From assembly GCA_003484955.1 (NCBI GenBank), contig DMZH01000002.1, positions 145,700-209,699 on the forward strand: a stretch of 64,000 nt of DNA, read 5' to 3'. Below, one piece after another: positions 28,053-36,567 of this stretch. Made by a program: the position numbers and the translations under genes. Source of the stretch: Candidatus Woesebacteria bacterium. Lineage in GTDB: Bacteria > Patescibacteriota > Microgenomatia > UBA8517. The notes beneath the pieces were generated by a model. That model searched no databases, was not told the origin of the DNA, and saw only the letters and a program-made list of their open reading frames with translations. Position 1 is the first letter of the stretch, and each line of letters opens with the position of its first letter.

Positions 28053-30320
28053 ATGGCTAATTCATTAAATCTTTCTGACAACGAAAAGCGAGATATTATT
28101 AAATTTTTACAAGAAGGCAAATCTCTTCCTGAAAAATATAGATTTCTTCTTTTTAATGACGATCGTGAAGTTGAGCTTTTGTGGAATGGTAAAACAAATG
28201 AAGTTACTAATGTAGTATTGCCCTTTCAGGTAATAGAGCAAATTGACGAGCCAAGAAGTGATGCCAAATTCGGAATGCAAAACACACTTTTTGATACTAC
28301 TGGTCGACAAATTACAGGGTGGACAAATAAACTTATTTGGGGCGACAACAAATTAATACTTTCTTCACTCAAAAATGGTCCACTTCGAAAAGGAATTGAA
28401 GCACAAGGCGGTATAAAGTTGATTTACATTGACCCGCCCTTTGACGTTGGTGCTGACTTTTCAATGAATATAGAAGTTGGAGAAGATAGTTTTACCAAAA
28501 AACCCTCTGTAATTGAGGAAATTGCATATAGGGATACTTGGGGCAAAGGTGCAGATAGTTTTATTGCAATGATTTATCAAAGATTAAAATTGATGCACGA
28601 TTTATTGGCTAACGATGGAAGTATCTATGTCCATTGCGATTGGAGATTAAATAGCTATATGCGTTTAATCCTTGATGAAATTTTCGGTAAAGAAAATTAT
28701 AGAAATGAAATTGTTTGGAAACGCACATATTCTACAAAAGCACAGAGTATTAGCTTTGGTAAAACTCATGAACTTATTTTGTTTTACGCAAAAAGTGAAA
28801 GTACTAAATTAAAACAACTTTATCAAAAGCCAGATGAAGGGTATGTAGATAAATATTTTAATAAAACGGACGAAAATGGCAAAAAGTATCAATCTTTAAG
28901 CTTAACCCAACAAGGACAAGGACCAGCTAGATATTTTGGAGACAAACTAATAGAACCGACTAAGGGAATGCATTGGATTTGGTCGCAGGATAGAATCACT
29001 AAAGCTTTTCAAGAAGGTAGAATAGTTTTTACTAAAAATGATTTTCCAAGACTTAAAAAATACCTTGAGGATTGGAATGAACAAGGTCGTCCAATTGATG
29101 GTCTTTGGGTGGATGATGAAGTCGGGCCTCTAAACTCGTGGCACAGTGAATCACTCGATTATCCAACTCAAAAACCTGAATCGATGCTCACTCGCATAAT
29201 TCAATCCAGCAGTAATGAGGGAGATTTGGTTGCAGATTTTTTCTGTGGATCGGGAACAACACTTGCAGTTGCTGAAAAATTGAATAGAAAGTGGATAGGG
29301 TCTGATCTGGGAAAATTTGGAATACATACAACAAGAAAAAGAATGATAGGAGTGCAAAGAGAACTTAAGAAAGATGGCAAAGATTTTAGAGCTTTTGAAA
29401 TATTAAATGTTGGTAAGTATGAAAGAGATAGTTATCTAACAACAAATGATGATTTGAGAGCTGAAGAAAGAATAAAGCAAGCAGAAAGGAAAGAAAAAGA
29501 ATTCGTAAAACTTATTGTTACTGCCTATAAAGCAGAACTCATTGAATCATTTGTAAATATTGTAGGTAAAAAACGAGATAGACTAATTGCGGTTGGTCCA
29601 ATAAATACTCCTGTATCCTCTAAGTTTATTCAACAAGTAGTAAATGAATGCAAAGATAAAAATTTAACTAAAGTAGATATTTTAGGTTTTGACTATGAAA
29701 TGGGTATGAACATTGAGGAATATAGAAGTCAAAGTATTGATATTGTTTTTAAGGTAATTCCGAGAGAAGTTTTTGATAAACAAGCTGTAGAAAAAGGACA
29801 AGTTAAGTTTTACGATGTCGCATATATTGACGCAAAACCAGTTGTAAAGGGTGGAGCTAAAAGCAAGGAGTTGTCCATCGAGCTTACTGACTTTTCAGTT
29901 TTTTATAACCAAGATGCGAGTGATGATGTTTCTGAAAGTTTAAGACCTGGTGGAACAAAAGTTGTTGTTGAAAATGGACAAGTTGTTAAATTAACAAAAG
30001 ATAAAGAGTCTGATGTTGTATCAAAAGAAGTTTTAACTAAAAAATGGAGTGACTGGATTGATTATTGGGCAGTTGATTATAATTTTTCTGATAGAAAAGA
30101 AGTAATAATTGACCAAGACGATAAAGGTGAATATGTTGAGGCTTGGACAGGGGACTATATTTTTGATAACGAATGGCAAAGTTTTAGAACAAATAAAAAT
30201 AGAAATCTTGAATTAACTTCAACTCCAAGAGAAATGATAAAAGGAAATTATAAAGTTGCTGTTAAAGTTGTTGATATTTTTGGCAATGATACAACTAAAA
30301 TTATTGAGGTAAATATTTAA
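28053..30320 (+). CDS. mod: Type III restriction-modification Mod subunit (beta-class N6-adenine/N4-cytosine DNA methyltransferase)
   Basis: Motif IV IYIDPPF precedes motif I DFFCGSGTTLAVAEKLNRKWIGSDL (order IV-TRD-I); 755 aa. Confidence 0.75.
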   Translation: MANSLNLSDNEKRDIIKFLQEGKSLPEKYRFLLFNDDREVELLWNGKTNEVTNVVLPFQVIEQIDEPRSDAKFGMQNTLFDTTGRQITGWTNKLIWGDNKLILSSLKNGPLRKGIEAQGGIKLIYIDPPFDVGADFSMNIEVGEDSFTKKPSVIEEIAYRDTWGKGADSFIAMIYQRLKLMHDLLANDGSIYVHCDWRLNSYMRLILDEIFGKENYRNEIVWKRTYSTKAQSISFGKTHELILFYAKSESTKLKQLYQKPDEGYVDKYFNKTDENGKKYQSLSLTQQGQGPARYFGDKLIEPTKGMHWIWSQDRITKAFQEGRIVFTKNDFPRLKKYLEDWNEQGRPIDGLWVDDEVGPLNSWHSESLDYPTQKPESMLTRIIQSSSNEGDLVADFFCGSGTTLAVAEKLNRKWIGSDLGKFGIHTTRKRMIGVQRELKKDGKDFRAFEILNVGKYERDSYLTTNDDLRAEERIKQAERKEKEFVKLIVTAYKAELIESFVNIVGKKRDRLIAVGPINTPVSSKFIQQVVNECKDKNLTKVDILGFDYEMGMNIEEYRSQSIDIVFKVIPREVFDKQAVEKGQVKFYDVAYIDAKPVVKGGAKSKELSIELTDFSVFYNQDASDDVSESLRPGGTKVVVENGQVVKLTKDKESDVVSKEVLTKKWSDWIDYWAVDYNFSDRKEVIIDQDDKGEYVEAWTGDYIFDNEWQSFRTNKNRNLELTSTPREMIKGNYKVAVKVVDIFGNDTTKIIEVNI

Positions 30321-33011
30321 ATGGCATTACATAAAGATTTTCCAAAAGATCCGTACGCAATACTTGACCCTTCGATCAGGTGGTTTCCTGCTGACGAAGT
30401 CTTAAGAGAAAAAGGATATGATAAATTACTTCCACCACTCGTTGCTGATCTCCGAAAAAAAGTAAAAGAATGGAGAGATAAAAATTATGAAGGTGCGAGT
30501 GAAACTTCACAATCACTTTTGAATTGGTGGTTTAAGGAAGATCATGTTGTATACGATCAACATGGTGTTTCTTCAAATTTTAGATATTACTTTGCGCAAA
30601 GAGAAGCTTTAGAAACTGTCATATGGCTTTATGAAGTTGCCAAGGTAAAAGATAAATACGATCTAATTAGATACAACTCAACTCAAGTATTAAGTGCGGG
30701 TATGTTTACTGAGGATTGGTTAAGATTTGTAATCAAAATGGCAACAGGAGCAGGAAAGACAAAAGTTATGAGTTTAATTATTGCTTGGGCATATTTTCAT
30801 AGAAAATATGAGTTAGATTCTAATCTTTCAAAAAACTTTCTATTAATTACTCCAAATGTAATAGTATTTGAAAGAATCAAAAATGACTTTGAAGGTCTAA
30901 AGATATTTTTTACAGATCCGGTTTTACCTGATAATGGATATAATGGTCAAAATTGGCAAGATGATTTTCAATTAACATTACACTTACAAGATCAGTTAAG
31001 TACCATTTCAGATACCGGAAATATATTTTTAACTAACATACACAGAGTTTTTGAAGGAAATATTAAAGAAGCGAGTTTAGATGACGAAGATGTTTCTTCG
31101 TACTTCTTAGGTCGTAAACCAGTTACAAAAACTAACGATTCGACAGTTGACCTTGGTATGATTGTTCGAGATATTGATGAACTGATTGTTATAAATGATG
31201 AAGCCCACCATATACACGATGAAAATATGGTTTGGTATAAATCTATACTTGATATTGACAACAAGTTAAAACAAAAAGGATCAGGTCTCGCACTTCAATT
31301 AGATCTAACAGCCACTCCAAAAAAGAATGATGGCTCGATATTCGTGCAGGTAATATCTGACTATCCTTTAGTCGAAGCAATTCATCAAAGAATTGTCAAA
31401 AATCCAGTAATACCTGATGGGGCAAGTCAGGGGAAATTAAAGGAAAACCAAAGTATTTTGTTTAGTGAAAAATATAGAGACTATATTAATCTTGGAGTTG
31501 AAGAATGGAGGAAAACATATAAAACCTTAGAACCGATGGGTAAAAAATCAATTTTATTTATAATGACGGATGATACAAAAAACTGTGATGAAGTAGCTGA
31601 ATATATTAAAACAAGTTTTTCTGATCTTCGCGATGCAGTTTTAACAATCCACACTAATAAAAGCGGAGAGATTTCAGAAAGCGTTGGTGGTAAAAACGAA
31701 GAAGATTTAATACTTCTCCGAAAACAAGCTAATGAAATTGATAGTTGGGAAAGTCCTTTCAAAGTAATAGTTTCTGTAATGATGCTTAAAGAAGGCTGGG
31801 ATGTAAAAAACGTAACTACTATTGTAGGTCTTAGACCTTACGCAGCGGATTCAAAGATTCTTCCAGAACAAACGCTTGGTAGAGGTTTAAGGAGAATGTT
31901 TTTTGGCAGAGATGATGTTGAAGAATATGTAAGTGTAATTGGTACCACCGCTTTTATGGAATTTGTTGAATCAATTCAAGGGGAGGGTGTAATGCTTGAG
32001 CGAAAAGCTATGGGTGCAGGATCAAAGCCAATTACACCTGCAGTTATTGAAGTTGATAAGGAAAATCCAAATAAAAATATTGAAAAACTTGATATAGAAA
32101 TACCTGTAATGACTCCAAGAATCCAAAGGGAATATAAAAATCTTGCCAATTTAGATGTTTCTCAATTTGGAAATAAGAAAGTAAGTGTAAAGACTTTCTC
32201 AGAACAAGAAAAAAGAGAAATTATTTTCAAAGATGTTGTTGACGAAAAAATACATCATACAACTGTACTAACTGGCGATATTGAACCAGATTATAGAAGT
32301 GTAATTGGTTTTTTTGCCCAAGCTGTAATGAGAGAACTTAGGCTTTTTGGTTGTTATGACATTTTGTTTGAAAAAGTAAAGGAATTTATCGAGAAATATT
32401 TATTTGATATTACAGTTGATTTATCAGATCTCAATATATTAAGAAACTTGTCAGAAGTAGAATATATAAAATTTATTAAAGACACATTCAAAGATGCCAT
32501 TAATAACTTAACAATTCAAGATACTGGAGACACTGAAATCAAAAATTATATTAAAATTAGTGAAGCAAGACCATTTGTTGTTAATGATAAATCATATTTA
32601 ATTCCAAAAAAATCAGTATTTAATAAAATTGTAGGAGATAGTAATTTTGAACTTACTTTTGCTGATTTTCTTGAAAACTGTGAAGATGTAATTTCATTTT
32701 CCAAAAATTATCAAAACAAAGAAGCGAGTGCATTAAGAATTGAATATAAAAATTCAGAAGGGTTAATCGCAAACTATTATCCAGACTTTTTCGCAAAATT
32801 GGATGATAAAACTGTTTACATAATTGAAACAAAAGGCCGAGAGGAAGATGATGATAAACTAAAATTTGAAAGATTACAAAAATGGTGCATCGATGTAAAC
32901 AGTCGTCAAACAAAAGTGGAATATAAATCTCTATATATTAAGCAAGAAGAATGGGAAAATAATAAATTAAAAAATTTTGACGAGGTTGTTAGGTTATTTA
33001 CATCTATTTAA
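30321..33011 (+). CDS. res: Type III restriction enzyme Res subunit (SF2 DEAH helicase plus C-terminal PD-(D/E)xK endonuclease)
   Basis: Walker A ATGAGKTKVM, motif II VINDEAHH, helicase C region VSVMMLKEGWDVKNV, and a C-terminal YYPDF...VYIIETKG nuclease motif. The start abuts the mod stop. Confidence 0.75.
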   Translation: MALHKDFPKDPYAILDPSIRWFPADEVLREKGYDKLLPPLVADLRKKVKEWRDKNYEGASETSQSLLNWWFKEDHVVYDQHGVSSNFRYYFAQREALETVIWLYEVAKVKDKYDLIRYNSTQVLSAGMFTEDWLRFVIKMATGAGKTKVMSLIIAWAYFHRKYELDSNLSKNFLLITPNVIVFERIKNDFEGLKIFFTDPVLPDNGYNGQNWQDDFQLTLHLQDQLSTISDTGNIFLTNIHRVFEGNIKEASLDDEDVSSYFLGRKPVTKTNDSTVDLGMIVRDIDELIVINDEAHHIHDENMVWYKSILDIDNKLKQKGSGLALQLDLTATPKKNDGSIFVQVISDYPLVEAIHQRIVKNPVIPDGASQGKLKENQSILFSEKYRDYINLGVEEWRKTYKTLEPMGKKSILFIMTDDTKNCDEVAEYIKTSFSDLRDAVLTIHTNKSGEISESVGGKNEEDLILLRKQANEIDSWESPFKVIVSVMMLKEGWDVKNVTTIVGLRPYAADSKILPEQTLGRGLRRMFFGRDDVEEYVSVIGTTAFMEFVESIQGEGVMLERKAMGAGSKPITPAVIEVDKENPNKNIEKLDIEIPVMTPRIQREYKNLANLDVSQFGNKKVSVKTFSEQEKREIIFKDVVDEKIHHTTVLTGDIEPDYRSVIGFFAQAVMRELRLFGCYDILFEKVKEFIEKYLFDITVDLSDLNILRNLSEVEYIKFIKDTFKDAINNLTIQDTGDTEIKNYIKISEARPFVVNDKSYLIPKKSVFNKIVGDSNFELTFADFLENCEDVISFSKNYQNKEASALRIEYKNSEGLIANYYPDFFAKLDDKTVYIIETKGREEDDDKLKFERLQKWCIDVNSRQTKVEYKSLYIKQEEWENNKLKNFDEVVRLFTSI

Positions 33012-33698
33012 ATGTATAAACTTTCACCATCAGATTTTGCATATTTATACGAGGAATGTAAGCTTTGCTATTACTTAAAGATTAAACATGGAATATACCA
33101 ACCAAGCATGCCAATGCCTGGAGTTTTTTCTGCAATAAATACTCGACTTCAAGGAAATTTGGTTGGTAAAAATCTTCACACGCTTTCAGAAAAGTTGCCA
33201 GATGGGATCGTTGAAAATCAAGAAGGTTGGGTTGAATCAAAACCAGTTCCTGATACGGAAGTATTTATAAAAGGCAAATACGATTTATTAGTTAAACTTC
33301 CTGATGACACGCACCTATTGGTTGATCTAAAAATTAGCACACCGGGGGATGATAAAATTGAAAAATATAAAACTCAACTTAATGCCTACAAATTTGCTCT
33401 TGAAAATCCAGCTAACGGAAACCCTATAAAATTAACAAGGCTTGGACTTTTGATTTTTTATCCAGACCAAGTTAGTTTTGAGAAAGGAAGTGCTACCCTA
33501 ACTTTTCCTCCAAGCTGGTTAGAGGTTCCTGCTGATCAAACAGGATTTTTAGCTTTTGCAAAAAGAATAGATAAATTACTTTCGGGTCCAACACCAGAGG
33601 AGGGAAAAGAATGTAAATGGTGCAAATATAGACATTTGGGAGATACCCTTTCTCATACTGATACTGGAAGTGTGAAGGATGACACAATTCCATTTTAA
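33012..33698 (+). CDS. Cas4/RecB-like PD-(D/E)xK nuclease with four Cys (probable Fe-S cluster), not CRISPR-linked
   Basis: N-terminal CKLC, core GKYDLLV ... LLVDLKIS (D...D-x-K), a QLNAY (QxxxY) motif, and a C-terminal CKWC. The start abuts the res stop. Confidence 0.55.
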   Translation: MYKLSPSDFAYLYEECKLCYYLKIKHGIYQPSMPMPGVFSAINTRLQGNLVGKNLHTLSEKLPDGIVENQEGWVESKPVPDTEVFIKGKYDLLVKLPDDTHLLVDLKISTPGDDKIEKYKTQLNAYKFALENPANGNPIKLTRLGLLIFYPDQVSFEKGSATLTFPPSWLEVPADQTGFLAFAKRIDKLLSGPTPEEGKECKWCKYRHLGDTLSHTDTGSVKDDTIPF

Positions 33699-33946
33699 GG
33701 AGTTAACTTTGGTGTTGTACAACAGTGAAGTATATTGACAATTTGCCACCAAATGGTAACAATGGTATTATACTTCTCCAATGACTAAAACTAACAAATC
33801 TCAACCAACTAAAAAAGCAGTTTATTTTATTGCTACAAAATATAAAAATAGGCAGACTCGTGTCAGTCTATATACAAAAGACTGGAAAAGTGTCGCTAAA
33901 AGCGATGCTACGGATAAACTCGGATATTCATTAGAATAACTTCTCC

Positions 33947-34459
33947 ATGGGTAAGAAAAATAAATCTCCGTTAACCCCAATGGATTTTCAGTTGGGTTCT
34001 GGAGGCGTCATTCCCTCCACCCAGGAAGCTTTTGGACCAAACAAAGAATTCTCTGGAAATATACGAAAAGAAGAAAGCGGCGCGACTGCAGAATTTAAAA
34101 AAGCTCTTGGTACCCAGATAGATGTCGAAATTGGTGAGTTGAAACAGTTCCCTTCGGATAAGGAGTTTTTTGTGTTTATAATTCAATACTTTGTTTCAGA
34201 CAAAGAATATAAGGCCAGAGACCTGGACAATATGGCTAAAACCATGCTGGACTTATTGAAAGGAAGATTTTATAAAGACGATGGACAAGTTAAGACACTC
34301 TTAGTTGGTAAGAAGATGGAAAAACGTGTTCCTAAAAATTTTATATATTTTGCATTAAAAGAAATGAAGGATGACAGAGATATTGATGCCCTGAAGATTT
34401 CCGGGCTAGAAAGATCAGTCACTCTTTTCAATGAACAAGTGGCAAAAGGACTTTGCTGA
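33947..34459 (+). CDS. rusA: RusA-like Holliday junction resolvase (phage-type)
   Basis: ARDLDNMAKTMLDLLKGRFYKDDGQVKTLLVGKK matches the RusA motif DLDNxxKxxLDxLxGxxxxDDxQV...K. Confidence 0.55.
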   Translation: MGKKNKSPLTPMDFQLGSGGVIPSTQEAFGPNKEFSGNIRKEESGATAEFKKALGTQIDVEIGELKQFPSDKEFFVFIIQYFVSDKEYKARDLDNMAKTMLDLLKGRFYKDDGQVKTLLVGKKMEKRVPKNFIYFALKEMKDDRDIDALKISGLERSVTLFNEQVAKGLC

Positions 34460-34538
34460 TACTAAAAATTGGCTTCAATTGTATAAAATAGTTATTCGAT
34501 TTTTTAATTGAGTATTTTATATTATCAATAGGCACGAG

Positions 34539-34725
34539 TGGCGTATTGCGAGCGACTGAAAGGAGCGAGCAAGAGAACAGAGTTAGCGAAGTCCCGCGAA
34601 GCGGGACTGAGCGACAACACGACATTCGCGTCAATTCATTTCCCCTTTAACCCCTTTTCTTGACGCAAATGTAATTGTTAGTATTTTGTTGTAAAATGAG
34701 TTCGAGCTAAATTATAAACATGCTC
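34539..34725. repeat. Right copy of the perfect 187-bp inverted repeat (IR187-R)
   Basis: The reverse complement of 24439-24625, with 187/187 identity. Confidence 0.9.
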
Positions 34726-34773
34726 CCAAGATAAATTTTTTGAAGAGGCGCGAAGCGCCGACCAAGCGAATTG
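34725..34773. repeat. 49-bp inverted repeat, copy a (IR49-a), immediately abutting IR187-R and upstream of the recombinase gene
   Basis: CCCAAGATAAATTTTTTGAAGAGGCGCGAAGCGCCGACCAAGCGAATTG is the reverse complement of 36275-36324 apart from a 1-nt indel. Confidence 0.85.
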
Positions 34774-34838
34774 ACACTCCACGGACTGATATTATTTGAG
34801 CTATTGCTTCGGGATAATTGCAAAGATATAAATAAGTA

Positions 34839-36386
34839 ATGGTAAATAAATTCTTCCTCTACGCCAGAAAGTCCACAGATGTAGAAGATATGCAGGTTCT
34901 TTCAATTGAAGCTCAAATTAATGAACTCCGTGAGTTAGCCAAGAAAGAAGGTTTAGAGATAGTAGATGAGCTAATTGAAAAGAAATCTGCAAAAAATCCC
35001 GGAAGGGTAATTTTTAATTCCATGCTTGATAGAATTGAAAAAGAAGAAGCTAATGGAATTATATCTTGGCACCCAGATAGACTTGCCAGGAATAGTGTGG
35101 ACGGAGGAAGAATTATTTACCTCTTAGATAGAAATAAATTATCTGCCCTCAAATTTAATACCTTTTGGTTTGAATCTACTCCTCAAGGAAAGTTCATGCT
35201 TAGTATTGCATTTTCTCAAAGTAAATATTATGTAGATTCCTTGTCAGAAAACACCAAAAGAGGACTTCGCCAAAAAGCTAAAAATGGATATTGCCCCAGT
35301 GTTGCCCCAATTGGTTATTTAAATGATTCAAGAAACAAAACTATTGTTTTAAATAAAAAAGTTGGTCCAATTATCAAAGAAACTTTTGAACATTATAGTA
35401 ACGGCAATATCCTAATGCGTGAAGTAAGTAGCTTTTTGGCTGAACGTGGAATACTTCTTCCTAGTGGTAGACCCTTCGGTCTTTCAAGAATTAGAAAAAT
35501 CTTAACAAATCCATATTATTATGGTCATTTTATATATGCGGGAGAAGTATATGAGGGCAGACACGACCCAATAATTTCAAAGCTACTTTTTGACAAAGTC
35601 CAAGAAATTATTAATAGAAAAAATAAACAGTGGAGTAAGGCTAGAGTAGAAAGAGTTCACAAGCCTTACGTTGGACTTTTGACGTGTGGTGAGTGCGGAA
35701 TGGGCATTACAGCTGATTTTAAAGATAGACATTATAAAAACGGCAATTGTAGCCATTTTAATTATTACAGGTGTACTAAAAAGGATAAAACTACAAAATG
35801 TCTACAATCCCATATCCGCGAGGAGGACTTGGATAGTCAGCTCACCACACTTCTCAAAAAGTACACTTTGAAAAATGCTTGGGCAATAAAAATGAATAAG
35901 AAACTAGATATTGAATCAAGAGATATTGCCCAATCATCCCTTTCTGTCATTTCTCTCAAGAGAAAAGAAATTGATAATTTGAATTCTAAACTCCAGCTTC
36001 TTTTAGACAGTTATTTAGATCAAATAACTGATAAAGAAATGTACAAAAAAAAGAAGCTTGAGTTATTCTCTCAAAAGAAAACTTTTGAGGAACAAATTAT
36101 CAATTTGCAAAACCAGAAAGGGAATTGGATCGAACCTATGAGAAAGTGGATATCCGAAGCAAGTGAAGTGGATCAAATAATATCAACAAACAATAAAGAC
36201 GATAAAAAGGTTCTCGCTTCAAAAATCTTCGGCTCGAACCTCTTTTTGGAAGACAAAAAAGTCCGTGGAGTAGGCCAATTCGCTTGGTCGGCGCTTCGCG
36301 CCTCTTCAAAAAATTTATCTTGGGAGCCGAGAGTGGGGATCGAACCCACGACCTGCGGTTTACGATACCGCCGCTCTGCCAACTGA
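34839..36386 (+). CDS. Large serine recombinase (resolvase catalytic domain, recombinase domain and zinc ribbon)
   Basis: N-terminal FLYARKSTDVEDMQ...Q with the catalytic Ser in YxRxST, the resolvase core GIISWHPDRLARN, a recombinase domain, and a Zn ribbon CGECGMG...C...YYRC. The 3' end reads ~60 nt into tRNA-Thr (...GIEPTT...). Confidence 0.75.
   Translation: MVNKFFLYARKSTDVEDMQVLSIEAQINELRELAKKEGLEIVDELIEKKSAKNPGRVIFNSMLDRIEKEEANGIISWHPDRLARNSVDGGRIIYLLDRNKLSALKFNTFWFESTPQGKFMLSIAFSQSKYYVDSLSENTKRGLRQKAKNGYCPSVAPIGYLNDSRNKTIVLNKKVGPIIKETFEHYSNGNILMREVSSFLAERGILLPSGRPFGLSRIRKILTNPYYYGHFIYAGEVYEGRHDPIISKLLFDKVQEIINRKNKQWSKARVERVHKPYVGLLTCGECGMGITADFKDRHYKNGNCSHFNYYRCTKKDKTTKCLQSHIREEDLDSQLTTLLKKYTLKNAWAIKMNKKLDIESRDIAQSSLSVISLKRKEIDNLNSKLQLLLDSYLDQITDKEMYKKKKLELFSQKKTFEEQIINLQNQKGNWIEPMRKWISEASEVDQIISTNNKDDKKVLASKIFGSNLFLEDKKVRGVGQFAWSALRASSKNLSWEPRVGIEPTTCGLRYRRSAN
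36275..36324. repeat. 50-bp inverted repeat, copy b (IR49-b), inside the recombinase 3' coding region and ending 1 nt from the tRNA-Thr 3' end
   Basis: Reverse complement of 34725-34773 with one extra nucleotide. Contains the hairpin GGCGC-TTCG-(C)GCGCC. Confidence 0.85.
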
Positions 36387-36397
36387 GCTACCTCGGC
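36325..36397 (-). tRNA. tRNA-Thr (anticodon CGT)
   Basis: Manual cloverleaf on the minus strand: acceptor GCCGAGG/TCTCGGC (G7-U66 wobble), D-arm GCTC-AGTTGGCA-GAGC, anticodon stem GCGGT/ACCGC with loop ATCGTAA, T-arm GTGGG-TTCGATC-CCCAC, discriminator U. Confidence 0.8.
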
Positions 36398-36429
36398 TTA
36401 TGTGCTCAATTATAGCATTTCTGGGCGTG

Positions 36430-36500
36430 AGCGGGTGAGCGGAGTCGAACCGCCCTTTCCACCTTGGGAAGGTGGCGTTGAGCCGATCAACTACACCCGC
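36430..36500 (-). tRNA. tRNA-Gly (anticodon CCC)
   Basis: Manual cloverleaf: acceptor GCGGGTG/CACCCGC, D-arm GTTG-ATCGGCT-CAAC, anticodon stem CCACC/GGTGG with loop TTCCCAA, T-arm GGCGG-TTCGACT-CCGCT, discriminator U. Confidence 0.75.
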
Positions 36501-36567
36501 ATCAGCACAACAAAGACACACGAATTATATCATTGATTCAAATGTATGTCCGCCTTCCAAGGTTTTA

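Larger units (their letters stand above)
24439..36324. mobile_element. Putative integrated mobile/defence island: an IR187-bracketed cassette plus an IR49-bracketed large serine recombinase, abutting tRNA-Thr
   Basis: Nested inverted repeats, a large serine recombinase, RusA-like resolvase, XRE and YerC regulators, an RT, a Type III R-M and a Cas4-like nuclease. The island ends exactly at the tRNA-Thr 3' end and has a locally GC-rich noncoding segment. The boundaries are inferred. Confidence 0.45.

Noticed and set aside
36173-36382. 69-aa minus-strand ORF MAERRYRKPQVVGSIPT...
   Set aside because: It overlaps tRNA-Thr and the recombinase 3' end. GSIPT is the T-arm of a tRNA translated, so the ORF is spurious.
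24439-36500. Direct-repeat att sites (duplicated tRNA-Thr 3' end) delimiting the island
   Set aside because: I searched the left flank and cassette for a copy of the tRNA-Thr 3' segment. Only an imperfect ACTC-GGCT match near 24851 was seen, and the 49-bp repeat is inverted rather than direct. Serine-recombinase att sites need not share long direct repeats, so no att call was made.
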